Positions 1-13,413 of a stretch of 64,000 bases of DNA are shown here, piece after piece (position 1 is the stretch's first letter; each line of letters begins with the position of its first letter). The notes under the pieces are model-generated. The model saw only the letters and a list, made by a program, of their open reading frames with translations, did not search any database and was not told where the DNA came from. This DNA is from Squalus acanthias (lineage: Eukaryota), in the NCBI GenBank assembly GCA_030390025.1, contig CM059434.1, positions 15,438,001-15,502,000 of the forward strand, read 5' to 3'. The translations under genes were made by a program, and so were the position numbers.

Positions 1-511
1 TATCTTGTTTAGTAACGTGAAATGCATCACTTTTCTATTTACAGTCTGCAGTGTAATGTGTGACTCTTGAGCCTATTGTTTGAGTTATTGGCAAACATTA
101 TTTAGTTTGTTATATTACACCAAGTCACATCGAGTCTACAACACAGAAACAAGCCATTCGGCCCAACTGCTCTACGCCAGCGTTTGTGTTCCACACGAGC
201 CTCCTCCCACCCCTCTGCATCTCGCCGTATCAGCATAACCTTCTATTCTTTTCTCCCTCATGTGCTTATCTAGCTGCCCCTTTAAATGCATCTATGCTAT
301 TTGCCTCAACTACTCCTTGTGGTAGCGCGTTCCACTTAGGTGGCATTAAACAACTGGGTGTAGCCCACAACTGATAAATTGGCAGATTCACCTAACCAAA
401 CGAGGAATCTTGTAGTTCTTGTGAGATTCAGATTTAATTCCATGTGCTTCTTTTATCTCTACATGGAGATGGCACAATGCGGGTTTTGGTAATTTCCCTT
501 GACCCTCTCTC

Positions 512-850
512 CAGCACAGCGGTGTCGGGATGGTGGCGGGATAGCTGGTTGCCGGGTTCCCGTCCCGCTCCCGGCTGCAACCGCTCTGTCAAAGGGATTT
601 TCCCATGATTGGCCTTGTTAAGTCCGCCCTGCAGGCTTCTCAGCCAATTAACAGGAAGCGGGTCTGATGATGTCATTTGATGACGCGCCATCAGCCGGTT
701 TCCTTAAAAGGACCACGGCCACATTGAGTTTGACAATTGTCCTGTCAGTGTTTGACAGCATTGAGGTGCTGCAAACACCAACAAGCACTGCACAAAGGTG
801 AACAGTTGCACCCAGGCTCTCCCGACACCGCTGAGAAAATCCAGCCCTTG
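512..850 (+). mobile_element. Non-autonomous Harbinger/PIF-like DNA transposon derivative (left-end part)
   Basis: Colinear with 53470-53760, the left part of the Myb-encoding element. Internal inverted repeat cagcggtgtcggga / tcccgacaccgctg. Ends in aaaatccagccc. Confidence 0.65.
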
Positions 851-854
851 TATC

Positions 855-1235
855 GTTCAGGACGTCACAACCTGTTTTACAGCCAATGAAATATTTTTGA
901 ACATTAGTCACTGTTGGAAATGCAGCAGCCAATTTGCACACAGCAAGGTCCCATAAATGGCAATGTGATAATGACCAGATAATCTGTTTTGTAGTGATGT
1001 TGGTGGAGGGATAAATATTGGCCAGGGCTCCCCTGCTCTACTTCAAAATAGTGCCATGGGATCTTTTATGCCCACCCGAGAGGGCAGACGTCTCATCCAA
1101 AAGACGGCACCTCTGATAGTGCAGCACTCCCTCAGCACTGCACTGGAGTGTCAGTCTAAATTTTGCGCTCAAGTCTCTGGAGTGGGACGTGAACCCACAA
1201 ACTTTCTGACTCAGAGGCAAGAGTGCTACCCCCAC
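855..1235 (-). mobile_element. SacSINE1-like DeuSINE (tRNA-derived), partial
   Basis: Reverse complement of the Deu-domain core (gtgctgcact...ggatgagacg) and of the tRNA-like head. Confidence 0.85.
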
Positions 1236-1242
1236 AGACTCA

Positions 1243-1541
1243 ACTCACGCCCGGGTGAGCTGGCGTGTTCCCCGAGCAGCGGGTAACCCATGGGGAGAAC
1301 GTAAAATTGGAAGGAAGCCTCAAAATAGCATTAAATTGGCTCTTAACAAGCCATTGAATGAGCTCAATTGTCTCCCCCGCCGTTTGGTGTCGGGTCAGTT
1401 CTCCGCTGACAGACCCGACACCTGGGAGACTCGCGTGGAGGCGGGTTGACGGCAGGTTTCCTACCCGCTGTCAATCTTTGCTATTTTGACAGCGGACCCG
1501 CCTCCGAACCCGCCCTCTGAGCGCCGGCAAAATCCAGCCCC
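1243..1541 (+). mobile_element. Harbinger-like element right-end fragment
   Basis: Similar to 54930-55200 (cccgagcagcggg...ggtgtcggg...gacagacccgaca). Terminates in aaaatccagccc. Confidence 0.65.
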
Positions 1542-3049
1542 AAGTCTTCCTTTCTTTCAACCATGGTAGTTTCAGTCAGGGTGCCAGTCTAAGGTCTGGC
1601 TGCTTACATTACTGCAGAGGTCTGACTTTTAAACTGCTAATATATAGACACTGATCCCAGACAACAGTGCAGTAACTTCCAGTTACCATATAAACATTAT
1701 TTGTTGCCTGGAGACATGTGGGGAAGATCAAAGGCTGACGAGTGTCGCACTAAGCCCAGATTTACACTGGAATGAAATCCGTGCGGAAAGGACAACAGAA
1801 AATTACATTAAATGTTACAAAATCTGTGGGAACATTTTGTGAAACTTGGAGGATATTGTACTTATTCTCTTATCAAATAGCGCTAAACATAGATTTTGTT
1901 ATTTAAGCGCACTTGATATATTTGGAATCATTGGCCTTATTTTGACACTGCTTGGTATAAGGATATTACAGACAGATTGATGGCAGTAACTGCTTACTGT
2001 TAAGTTTTCTAGGTTCCATTTTTCAATTCCACTGGGTTGTAACTTAAAAGTTAAGTTAAGCCTAACCATCTGGAAAAGTGGAAACGAGCCACTGACTCAA
2101 GCAAAAGAAGTAACTTAGTGCACTTTCAGAGGTAAAGAGTGGGAAATAGCAACGCAGACCAGGTACTGAAGATAATGCTTCAGGGAGGTAGTACTTTATA
2201 CATAATTACACAGTACCAGAATTCTTAGTTACACATAAACAGTGCTATTATTAAGAAACATCCACTGAAAGCCATGGACCAGCACTGTCAATGAAGTTAA
2301 TAAATGTGCAAAATTTCAGAAGAATGTAAAATAAAATGCATGACCTGAAGAAGATTGCAAGAGTTAAACTACAACACTAGCAAGAATCATGCCTGTATTT
2401 TTCTCTTGACGTACCATTGGTTACGGGGTGAATTTTCTTATAGGAGTCGGTATACTGTCAAGCTTTGTTCGGTAGTATATACACAGCTCACGGTGGCCCA
2501 ATGCTAGTAGTGTAAACACAGTAGAAATAAGTCTGGTGGCTTAATGTTCTGTTTCCAAAAGATAAATGTTTGCTCACTGGCATTTAGTTAAGAGTTAGTC
2601 ACATTTAATTCATTTAAGCTCTGTGGTTTGAAATGATTGCTTCACAAATGCGAGGCTCTGGAAAATGGGTAACCGGCAACATTTTAGAGCAACCAAGACT
2701 CATTCTTCCAACCCTCCACGTGTAGACAGTGATAATGTGGCACTCAGTCTGCACTACCACATTCAACAGAAACCGCTGCCTTTGTAGAATCAACCAAGTG
2801 TATCTTGAAACTTTTACTCTTTTGGCAGTTTTCAAGATCTATAAAAGTCTAAAGATTATTCTTAGGGGAAGAGCACCAAATTGCATAGGATATACTGCAC
2901 AAGTAAGGAGTGTGATGGAATACATAGAAACATAGAAACTAGGAGCAGGAGTAGGCCATTCGGCCCGTCGAGCCTGCTCCACCATTCAATACGATCATGG
3001 CTGATCATCCAAATCCAGTACCCTGTCCCTGCTTTCTCACACAGAATCC

Positions 3050-3370
3050 CCATCGAGCCTGCACCGACACATATCCCACCCTATCCCCGTAACCCCACGT
3101 ATTTAATTCCCCCTAACATATCCCATCCTATCCCCGTAACCCCACATATTTAATCCCCCCCTAACACTAAGGGTCAATTTATCACAGCCAAATCAACCTA
3201 ACCCGCACATTTTTGGACTGTGGGAGGAAACCGGAGCACCCGGAGGAAACCCACGCAGACACGGGGAGAATGTGCAAACTCCACACAGACAGTCACCCGA
3301 GGACAGATTCGAACCCGGGTCCCTGGCGCTGTGAGGCACCAGTGCTAACCACTATGCCACCGTGTTGCCC
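3050..3370 (-). mobile_element. HE1 (V-SINE), shark tRNA-derived SINE
   Basis: Minus strand reads gggcaacacggtggcatagtggttagcact (A box)...gggttcgaat (B box), then the V-domain tgtgtggagtttgcacattctccccgtgtctgcgtgggtttcctccgggtgctccggtttcctcccaca. Confidence 0.9.
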
Positions 3371-3900
3371 TCTCCACTTGCCTGGATGAATACTCTCCAC
3401 TTGCCTGGATGAGTGCAGCTCCAACAACACTCAAGAAGCTCGACACCATCTAGGACAAAGTAGCCTGCTTGATTGGCACCCCATCCACCACCTTATACAT
3501 TCACTCCCTCCACCACCGGTGTACCGTGGCTGCAGTGTGTACCATCTACAAGATGCACTGCAGCAACTCGCCAAGGCTTCTCCGGCAGCACCTCCCAAAC
3601 CTACGAGCTCTTCCAGCTAGAAGGACAAGGGCAGCAGACGCGTGAGAACACCACCACCTCCAAGTTCCCCTCCAAGTCACACACCATCCTGACTTGCCAA
3701 TATATCGCCGTTCCTTCATCGTCGCTGGGTCAAAATCCTGGAACTCCCTATCTAACAGCACTGTGGGAGTATTTTCACCAGACGGACTGCAGCGGTTCAA
3801 GAACGCAGCTCACCACCACCTTCTCAAGGGCAATTAGGGATGGGCAATAAATGCCGGCCTTGCCAGCGACGCTCACATCCCATAAACGAATAAAAAAAAA
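3371..3900 (+). mobile_element. CR1/L2-group LINE 3' fragment (family B), interrupted upstream by a CR1 tail and HE1
   Basis: Encodes ...AAPTTLKKLDTI.DK...CTIYKMHCSN... and ends in a poly-A run. Host sequence upstream of the nested insertions lies at about 2890-2922. Confidence 0.85.
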
Positions 3901-3988
3901 GAAACAGGCCATTCGGCCCAACCAGTCCATGCCGGCGTTTATGCTCCACACGAGCCTCCTCCCATCAAATGCCAGACCTAATATCATT

Positions 3989-4510
3989 GAAATAACAACA
4001 GAAAGTGCTGGAAACACTCAGCAGGTCAGGCAGCATCGAGGAGAGGAGAAACAGAGTCAGCGTTTCGGGTCGAACCCTTCGTCAGACATGGAAAAGGTTA
4101 GGGAGGAGAGATTTTTAAGCAGGGGCAGGGGGAAGGGGAGGAAAGAAAAAAGGGAAGGTCTGTGATAGGATGGAAGGCAGGAGAGATTGACTGACAAAAG
4201 GGATGGTGGTGCGAGGCAAAAGGAGATGGTAATGGGACAAGTTAAGAAACAAAAGTTGGCTCTAGATGATGTGTGAATGATGATGGCAGCAACATTAACA
4301 GCTACCATGTGAGGAAACAAGAGAAAAAAGAAAGAAATCCAGGGGCCAATTTATAGTCTGAAATTATTGAACTCGATGTTAAGTCCAGAAGGCTGAAAAG
4401 TGCCTAATAGAAAGATGAGGTGCTGTTCCTCGAGCTTACGTTGAGCTTCATTGGAACAATGTAAGAGGCCTAGGACGGAGAGATCAGAGTGGGAGTGGAG
4501 GGGAGAATTA
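3989..4510 (-). mobile_element. Penelope-like element 3' end (GIY-YIG C-terminus plus pLTR with degenerate hammerhead)
   Basis: Minus-strand translation HSHSDLSVLGLLHCSNEAQRKLEEQHLIFLLGTFQPSGLNIEFNNF is typical of a Penelope endonuclease C-terminus. It is followed by ctgacgaagggttcgacccgaaacg. Confidence 0.85.
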
Positions 4511-4764
4511 ATTTGGCTCATTTCTGATCTATTAGAAAAGTTCTAAGGTTGTTTCAAAATGGACAATTTTAGTTCAGATCCATCTGTTTGTTAAAAAAAA
4601 GTGCTGCTGTTCGTCTGCTAAAGAACAAAAGTCCCTCTGTGCAGGCACAACACTATCTTCCATCTCTTGCTTGTATCTGTTATGGACCATTGTGACCACA
4701 ATGCATATTCGTGGTTATTTTATGTATTCTACCACAGTCTCCCACTATCATGTTGGATGATAGC

Positions 4765-5137
4765 CAGTATTTATATAGTGCCATTCATACTAACGCGGCA
4801 GCCAATTTGAACATAGCAAGGTCCCACAAACTGCGAATGAGATAAATATCAAGTTAATCTGTTTTGGCGGTGTTGGTTGAAGGATAAATATTGACCGGGA
4901 ATCTAGGAGAACTCCCCAATTAGTGCCTTGGGACGCTTTTACGCCCACCTGGACAGGAAGGTCTGGTCATGATTTAATATCACATCTGAAAGACAACACC
5001 TCCAACAATGTAGCATTCCCTCGGTGCTTCATTGAAGTGCAAGCTTACACTACGTGCTGGAGTCCTGTACTGGGTCCTGAACCCATGGCCTTCTGACTCA
5101 GACATAAGAGTGCTACCACTGTGCCAAGCTGATGTCA
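4765..5137 (-). mobile_element. Degenerate SacSINE1-like DeuSINE
   Basis: Diverged reverse complement of the SINE consensus seen elsewhere in the window. Confidence 0.75.
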
Positions 5138-6656
5138 AATGCATCTTTTAAAAGCGGGAAGAAGTCATGGCTGCTGAGTGGTGTCTGATCCCTGTTATTC
5201 TGGGGACAGAGCCTGAATCTATTTTCCCTGGAACAATAGCAGGAGAGGCACCCAATCCCTTTCTCATCTACTGTCAGAATATGTTTTTAGTGCAAATATG
5301 ATCTGTGGCGCAAAGCTGTCATTGAGTCCTCAGTGCGCAATCTCTTATTTACAAATCTGCTTAAACAAGATCCTTCTGATTTTACCAGCAAGTTAAAGGC
5401 CCTTTATAGAATGATACTTTACAGAAATAGTCCTGCATACCAAGCGGAATAATATTTAAATTGGCCACGTTCATGAATAATGAGCTGTTAAATTGACTCG
5501 CTTAAACAAACACATTTACATTGCAAGGCTGAGACACAGTATAATTAATCTACTCTGCAATGTGTATCCCTACTCCATCCAGGAGAAGAAAAATAGGTGT
5601 CTATGCTTTAAAAACTGTTCATGCTGGAAGTTATAAATCAAAATGATCTTAGTAAGATGTTTGGCCTGGGATTGACATTCACACATTAGCCAGGAGATCT
5701 CAGACAGAAAAAGCAAATATTGCATCCCATATCAATGCATGCTAGTGGAAGCCTATTCGTACAAACCCTTGCATACTTTTTATACTTTGGGCCAGGGCAG
5801 AGCGCAAAATGTCAAGGAGTGAAATCAGAAAGTTTTATATACAAACGATCTAATGGGGGAAATGGGCTGCTTTTTCAAAGAGCTGATGCCGGCACGATGG
5901 GCCGAATGGCCTCCATCAATGCTGCAAGATAGCTAAGATTCTAATGTCTAGCCAGTGCCAGCGGCAGGTTATAAAGTTAGGCCGTCTGTCAGTACTTTTG
6001 ATATTCTGGTCGCTGCTGTTGACTGCGGCACACTCCAGCAAATGGCTGAGCTTCCAGAGCAAGCACTGCATTTAAATATCTTCACATCTCGCAACCTGTA
6101 AATACGACTTCACCACCTGTGCAAACGAATAATACCCAAAAATACTTCTAAACACACACAATGTCGAAAGGTAAAAAAAAAAATGCCTTTCCAAAATGTT
6201 GATTGTATAAACACTATCTTATGTTGGCAGTAGGTTATAAAGTCAAGTAGTCTCTTGGCATTTTTTAGTATTCGGGTACTTGTTAGAAAAGCTTTATTTT
6301 TCACGAGTGAACCATTAGGTTTTTTAATCCCCCTCCAGCTTTTCTCCCTCCTCTTCAATTCAGGCAGGGGTTTGACTCCATTGGTAACACATCTGAATGA
6401 TCATTATTCATGTGTGAGTGCTGGCAGGCTATTCGACTGAAGGATACATCTGAGCCTAGCATAATCCTGTCCAACAAAAGTCACTGGGATAGTGATCAGG
6501 AGTGGGAAACCCCTCACTGATTTTTCTCTTTCCCTGCCCGTGGGGTGCTGTTTTCAACTATGATGTCTCTGTCTCTGTCACTACCTTGACTGATTCTCCA
6601 GGGACTGATGATGAAATCTATGGCCTTGCTGGTCTCTCTGGCTCAGTTCCGCCTAC

Positions 6657-9600
6657 CATAGAAACATAGAAGATAGGCTGATCATCCAAACTCAGTACCC
6701 TGTACCTGCCTTCTCCCCATATCCCTTGATACCTTTAGCTTTAAGAAATATATCTAACTCATTCTTGAATATATTTAATGACTTGGCCTCAACTACCTTC
6801 TGTGGTAGAGAATTCCACAGGTTCACCACTCTCTGGGTGAAGAAATTCTTCCTGATTTCTGTCCTAAATGGCTTACCCCTTATCCTTAGATTATGACCCC
6901 TGGTTCTGGACTCTCCGAGCATCGGGAACATTCTTCCTGCATCTAGTTTGTCCAGACTGTCAGAATTTTATATGTTTCGATGAGATCCCCTCTCATTCTT
7001 CTATACTCCAGCGAGTATAAGCCCAATTGACCCAATCTCTCCTCATATGTCATTCCTGCCATCCCAGGTATCAGCCTTGTGAATCTTCGCTGAACTCCTT
7101 CCATGGCAAGAACATCCTTCCTCAGATAAGGCAACCAAAACTGCACACAGTACTCAAGGTGTGGTCTCACCAAGGCCCTGTACAACTGCAGCAGGACATC
7201 CCTGTTCCTATACTCAAACCTTTTCGCTATGAAGGCCAACATACCATTTGCCTTCTTCACCGCCTGCTGCACCTGCATGCTTACTTTCAGCGACTGGTGC
7301 ACAAGGAAACCCAGGTCTCGTTGCACTTCCCCTTCTCCCAATCTATTGCCATTCAGATAATAGTCTGCCTTTCTGTTTTTGACACCAAAGTGGATAACCT
7401 CGCATTTATCCACGTTATATTGCATCTGCCACGCTTCTGCCCACTCACCCAACTTGTCCAAATCATCCTGGAGTTTCTCGGTATCCTCCTCGCAGCACAC
7501 ACTCCCACCCAGCTTTGTGTCATCTGCAAACTTGGAGATATTACATTTAGTTCCCTTATCTAGATCATTAATGTATATTGTGAATAGCTGGGGTCCAAGG
7601 ACCCCACTAGTCACTGCTTACCACTCGGAAAAAGACCCATTAATTCCTACTCTCTGCTTTCTGTCCGCCAACCAGTTCTCTATCCAAGTCAATACCTTGC
7701 CCCCAATCCCATGTGCCTTAACTTTACACGCTAATCTCTTATGCGGGACCTTATCGAAAGCCTATTGAAAGTCCAAATACACCACATCTACTGGTTCTCC
7801 CTTATCTATTTTCCCAGTTACATCCTCAAAAAATTCCAGTAGATTAGTCAAGCACGATTTGCCTTTTGTAAATCCATGTTGACTTTGTCCGATCCTGTCA
7901 CTGTTTTTCAAGTGCTCAGCTATTACATCCTTTATAATGGACTCTAGCATTTTCCCCACTACCGATGTCAGGCTTACCAGTCTGTAATTCCCCGCTTTCT
8001 CTCTACCACCCTTTTTGAATAGTGGGGTAACATTAGCTACCCTCCAATCCATGGGTACAGTTCCAGATTCCATCGAATGTTGGAAGATGATCAGCAATGC
8101 ATCTACTATTTCTAGGGTCACTTCCTTAAGTACCCTAGGATGTAGATTATCAGACCCTGGGGATTTATCGGCCTTCAATCCCGTCAATTTCCCTAACACC
8201 ATTTCCCTGCAAATACTGATTTCTTTCAGTTCCTCCCTTTCATCAGACCATATGTTCTCCAACATCTCTGGGAGGTTATTTGTGTCCTCCTTTGTGAAGA
8301 CAGAACCAAAATATGCATTTAATTGGTCTGCCATTTCTTTGATCCCCATTATAACTTCCCCCGCTTCTGACTGCAAGGGACCTACACTTGATTTCACTAA
8401 TCTTTTTCTCTTCACATATCTATAAAAGCTCTTACAGTCAGTTTTTATGTTCCCAGCAAGCTTACTTTCATATTCTATTTTCCCCTTCTTAATTAATCCC
8501 TTTGTCCTCCTTTGTTGAATCCTAAACTGCTCCCAATCCTCAGGGTTACCGCTTTTTCTGGCCAATTTATATGCCCTCTCCTTGAATCTTATGCTATCCC
8601 TAATTTCCCTTGTTCGCCACGGTTGAGTCACCCTTTTTGTTTTATTCTTATGCCACACTGGGATGAACAAATTCTGTAGTTCATCCATGCAGTCTTTGAA
8701 TGTTTGCCATTGCCTATCCACCGTCAACCCCTTGAGTGACATTCCCCAATCAATCCTACCCAATTTGCGCCTCATACCATCGTAGTTTCCTTTATTTAAA
8801 TTCAGGATCCTAGTCTCTGATTCAACCACTTCACTCTCCATCCTAATGAAGAATTTTATCATATTATGATCACTCTGACCCAAGGGGCCTTGTACAACAA
8901 GATTGCTAATTAATCCTTTCTCATTACATAATACCCAGTCTAAGATGGCCTGATCTCTGGTTGGTTCCTCGACATATTGTTCCAGAAAACCATCCCGTAA
9001 ACATTCTAGGAATTCCTCCTCCACAGTATTTTTACTAATTTGGTTAGCCCAATCTATATGTAAGTTAAAGTCACCCATGATGACTGCTGTGCCCTTACTG
9101 CATGCTTTTCTAATTTCCCTTTTAATGTTGTCCCCAACCTCCGTATTACTGTTTGAAGGTCTATATACCACTCCCACTAATGTTTTCTGCCCCTTGTTAT
9201 TTCTCAGTTCTACCCATACAGATTCCGCATCATCAGAGCTAATATCCTTCCTTTCAATTGTGTTAATCCCCTCTTTAACCAGCAATGCTACCCCACCTCC
9301 CTTTCTTTTTTGCCTATCTTTCCTAAATATTGAATAACCCTGGATGTTGAGTTCCCAGCCTTGGCCACCCTGGAGCCATGTTTCTGTAATCCCAATCAAA
9401 TCATATTCATTTACCTCTATTTGCGCAGCTAATTCATCCACCTTGTTCCGAATGCTCCTTGCATTAAGGCACAAAGCCTTCAGGCTTCTTTTTTTAATGC
9501 TCTCAGCCCTATATGAATTATTATTTACTGTGACCATGTTTGATTTAAACCGTTGAGTTCTTTGCCTTCTACTTTTGTTTTTCTCCTTCCTGTCTTTAAC

Positions 9601-9913
9601 TTTTATCCTTGTTTCCCTTTCTTCTGTCTCCCTGCTCAGGTTCCCAACCCCCTGCCACTTTAGTTTAAACCCTCCCCAACAGCACTAGCAAACACTCCCC
9701 CTAGGACATCGGTCCTGGCCCTGCCCAGGTGCAGACCGTCCCATTTGTACTGGTCCCACCTCCCCCAGAACCGGTTCCAATGTCCAAGGAATTTGAATCA
9801 CTCCCCCTTGCACCATTCCTCTAGCCACGTATTCATTTGAAATATCCTCCTATTTCTACTCTGACTAGCACGTGGCACTGGTAGCAATCCTGAGATTACT
9901 ACCTTTGAGGTCC
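6657..9913 (-). mobile_element. Young 5'-truncated CR1 LINE: ORF1 C-terminus plus ORF2 (APE endonuclease and RT), disrupted
   Basis: ORF 7762-9537 has APE motifs (LNARS, ITETW, GDFN, LDWVL, SDH) and the RT N-terminus. ORF 6943-7614 has FADD and HLEYCVQFW. 9660-9913 gives the SGNH-esterase ORF1 tail (ISGLLP...DGLHL). Ends in a (ttctatgt)n tail. Premature stop at 7762 and a small deletion near 7600. Confidence 0.95.
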
Positions 9914-10759
9914 TATGTCATCAGGACAGCCTACGAGCCATTAGTTTCGATTCCATGTCACATTCACATCCAGCTACAGATAACTAAACACTTCCTAATC
10001 CAGGCAGGAATGTATGTGCAACCCTTTCTAAAATATTACGTGGTTAACCCAATAAAACATCCTATACAGGGCGAATTTATCCTCTGCGGGGTAGAATTTC
10101 TGACTGGTTAACTTCATTATTTGGGCCTAACTGTAGAGAAAAATTTCACTGAACAGGTTTAGTACTGGTGCAAGAATTGCTAACCCGTTTGCAGTTTATC
10201 ATATTAAAATTAGCTTCAATGCATGTTTATGGTGGTATGGTGCTCAGTCATCTGTCCACCCATATAAAATGAGTGCCCAGGGTTGTTTGGTTGTGCTGTC
10301 TATGAAAGTGAATTTAAAGAGCCTTATACTATATATAATAACACAGTGAGTATTGACACCATTGTGTCAGCCAATGAGATGGAGGCGGGGCGGGACTTAC
10401 AGTCAACAGAATCTATTTTACAGCCAACAGTCTATTTACTCAGAAAACAGCAAACAGAGTCTATTTACTCAGCAAACAGGGTCTTTTTAAACAGAGTCTC
10501 TACAAACTACAGCAAACAGAATTCATGACCGAAACTACAGCAAAGTCTCCCGATAACAGCAGGATTATATTTCCAGCACAGTGCAGTGAGTGGAGGATAG
10601 TTACATGATACAAATTATGTGTGTAAAATCAATCCCAGTCACTTACAGCAGTGCGGTGTCCAGGCATGATTGGGGGGTTGGGGGGCGACGGGGGTGAAAT
10701 TAACCAATCATCTCCATTTTGGCCGGGTTATGTGGTCTTATTGTATGCAGCCATATACT

Positions 10760-11400
10760 AATTAGACTCAAGCCAAGTGGGTAGGCTATTTGAGCTAGAT
10801 AGCATAGGAAGGACCGGGGACATAAGTATGAGTCAAAGAAGCATAGACCTAGGTTAGATGATAGGAGGTACTTCTTTTTGCAAAGAGTCGTTGACCTCTG
10901 AATAAGTTGCTGGTGGTTAAAGTCAGTGCCGATTCACTGTGGGCATTCAACAGGGAGCTGGACAAGTTCCTGTGAATGGCAAACACATCTACGTTTAAAA
11001 GGTATGTGGATCAGTGGGGGTTGTTTCACTTATCTTATACAAACATGCAAAGGTGATTGATAAGAAAAGACTAGCTGGTCCATCAAGACTTTCCCATACA
11101 GTCATGCTGCAATTAAGCATTATGACCCCCAATGTTCCTCACCTACCATCAGCCATGTAATCTCCTGGGAGAGGCAAAAAAAACCCTCGTCTCCTGGATC
11201 ATCTTCAAGGGTTAGAAAGGATTGTTCCAATGTTTCTTTCCTAAATTGGGTTAAGGTTTTTTTCCCTGTTGCCTTTTTCTCTAAGCCCGGGAGATTGTGT
11301 GACTGTGTGGGGGTGATGGTGTGTGGAAGTTACACCATGCCAGGTAGGACAGGCTTGATGGACCAACAGGTCTTTTCCTGTCCCTTTTACTTATGTTTGT
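10760..11400 (+). mobile_element. Old CR1 3' fragment with 3' UTR
   Basis: Degenerate RLDDRRYFFLQRVVDL.N coding tail. The 3' UTR resembles 15600-15885. Confidence 0.6.
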
Positions 11401-11454
11401 ATATTAAGATTTGTAGCAGCATTCTGAGGTTATTGTTTCTTGCATCTATTGTCT

Positions 11455-12250
11455 CTATTCCAATGCTCTCCTGGCCGGCCTCCCACTTTGCACCCTCCGT
11501 AAACTTGAGTTCATCCAAAACTCTGCTGCCCATATCCTAACCTGCACCAAGTCCCGTTCACCCATCACCCCTGTGCTCGCTAACCTGCATTGGCTCCCGG
11601 TCCAGCGACGCCTCGATTTTAAAATTCTCATCCTTTTGTTCAAACCCCTCCATGGCATTGCCCTGCCCTATCTCTCTAACCTCCTCCAGCCCTACAACCC
11701 TCCCAGATCTCTGCACTCCTCCAATTACATAAGAACATAAGAATTAGAAGGAGGAGTAGGGCATACGACCCCTCGAGCCTGCTCCACCATTCAATAAGAT
11801 CATGGCTGATCATCGACCTCAACTCCAACTTCCCGCCCGATCCCCATATCCCTTGATTCCCCTAGAGCCCAAAAATCTATCTATCTCACCCTTGAATATA
11901 CTCAACAACTCAGCATCCACAGCCCCTTGGGGTAGAGAATTCTAAAGATTCACAACCCTCTGAGTGAGGTAATTCCTCCTCCTCTCAGTCTTCTGGCTTC
12001 TTGCGCATCCCCGATTGTCGGCCATGTCTTTAGCTGCCTAGGTTCTACGCTCTCGAATTCCCTCCCTAAACTTCTCCCTGCCTCGCTACCATTCTCTCCT
12101 CCTTCAAGATGCTTCTTAAAACCTACCTCTTTGACCAAAATATCACCTTAAGCGGCTCGGTGTCAAATTCTGTTTGATAACTCTCCTGTGAAGCGCCGTG
12201 GGACATTTTACTACATTAAAGGTACTATATAAATGCAAGTTGTTGTTGTT
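11455..12250 (+). mobile_element. L2 LINE 3' fragment, interrupted by a minus-strand CR1 tail (about 11728-11990)
   Basis: Encodes IQNSAA...SPITPVLANLHWLPV...FKIL. Ends in ...atataaatgcaagttgttgttg. Confidence 0.85.
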
Positions 12251-12569
12251 TTTCTTTTCTTTACTGCTTCCACTTGGGAGTAGAAATTCCAATGCTCCAC
12301 TCCTTGGCGGACCGAGAAGACATATATCTAAATTGTCCACTCAAAGCCCACCGTTTTCTGTACAGGAAATTGGAGGTCGGAAGTGCACCAATTTGTGATG
12401 TGCACACCAAGGAGCAGCATCTCAGAAACGATACCATTTCGTTGGTAGGGAGGTTTTGTGCAAGTGTTCAACCGCTGCCACTTGTGTGTCCATGTTATTG
12501 GGACAATGGGTTTCGCAATAGGAATCCTTCTTTACTTACGTCTTCTGGACCAAGAAGAGGAAGAAGAAA

Positions 12570-12862
12570 GAAAGAATTTGTATTTATAAAGCGCCTTTCA
12601 CGACCTCAAGACACCCCAAAGCTTCTTACAGCCAATAAAGTACTTTTTGAAGTGTAGTCACTGTTGTAATACAGGAAACGCGGCAGCCTATTTAAGCACA
12701 GCAATGTGATAATGACCAGACACTCTGCTTTAGTGATGTTGGTTAAAGGATAAATATTGGCCAGGATATCAGGGAGAACTCTCCAACTCTTCTTCAAAAT
12801 AGTGCCATGGGATCTTTAATGCGCTCCCTCAGTACTGCATTGGCGTGTCTGGTTAGATTTTG
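12570..12862 (-). mobile_element. SacSINE1-like DeuSINE, partial
   Basis: Reverse-complement tail aagaaagaatttgtatttata...cagccaat and internal domain. Confidence 0.8.
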
Positions 12863-13413
12863 TACTTAGGTACACAGCATGTAGTTGAGGCAACTAGGGA
12901 TAAACAAATTCTAGATCTGGTTATTAACGGTGACCCTAGTGCTGTATCAAACCTTCATGTGGGGGAACATCTGGTCAGCTCTGATCATAATATGATTAGG
13001 TTTTATCTGACTGGCCAATCCAAGGCTGCAGCCAATCTAATGCTGGTCCCAGATTTTACGAGGGTTAACTTTACAAAAATGGCTGAAGATCTGGAAAAAG
13101 TTGATGGTGCAACCCTACTAGATAGGCAATCAAGTACTGAGGACAAATGGGTTCTATTTAAAACCATTCTCAAACAGAATGAAACCATGTATGTCCCAAT
13201 GGTGAAAAGAAGGGCACATGGTAAAACAAAACGAGGAATGTACAGAGGCAAATTCAAGGATCATACAGGGCCACGACAGGATACTGTAGGGCAGATTCAA
13301 AATGATTCTCAGGTTATGGCAGAGCATCAGTCTATACTCCTGCAGATGATGCTTATGCTCCAGATGAGGGGGTGCAGTATTGAATAGCATTATTAATATT
13401 AAAATAGATAGTA

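Noticed and set aside
1650-2860. Short open frames in unique sequence as exons of a neighbouring gene
   Set aside because: No recognisable protein similarity or consistent splice-phase chain. DHDH, FTL and GYS1 exons were not seen.
7762-9537. 591-aa ORF as a host gene
   Set aside because: CR1 ORF2 with a premature stop inside the RT domain.
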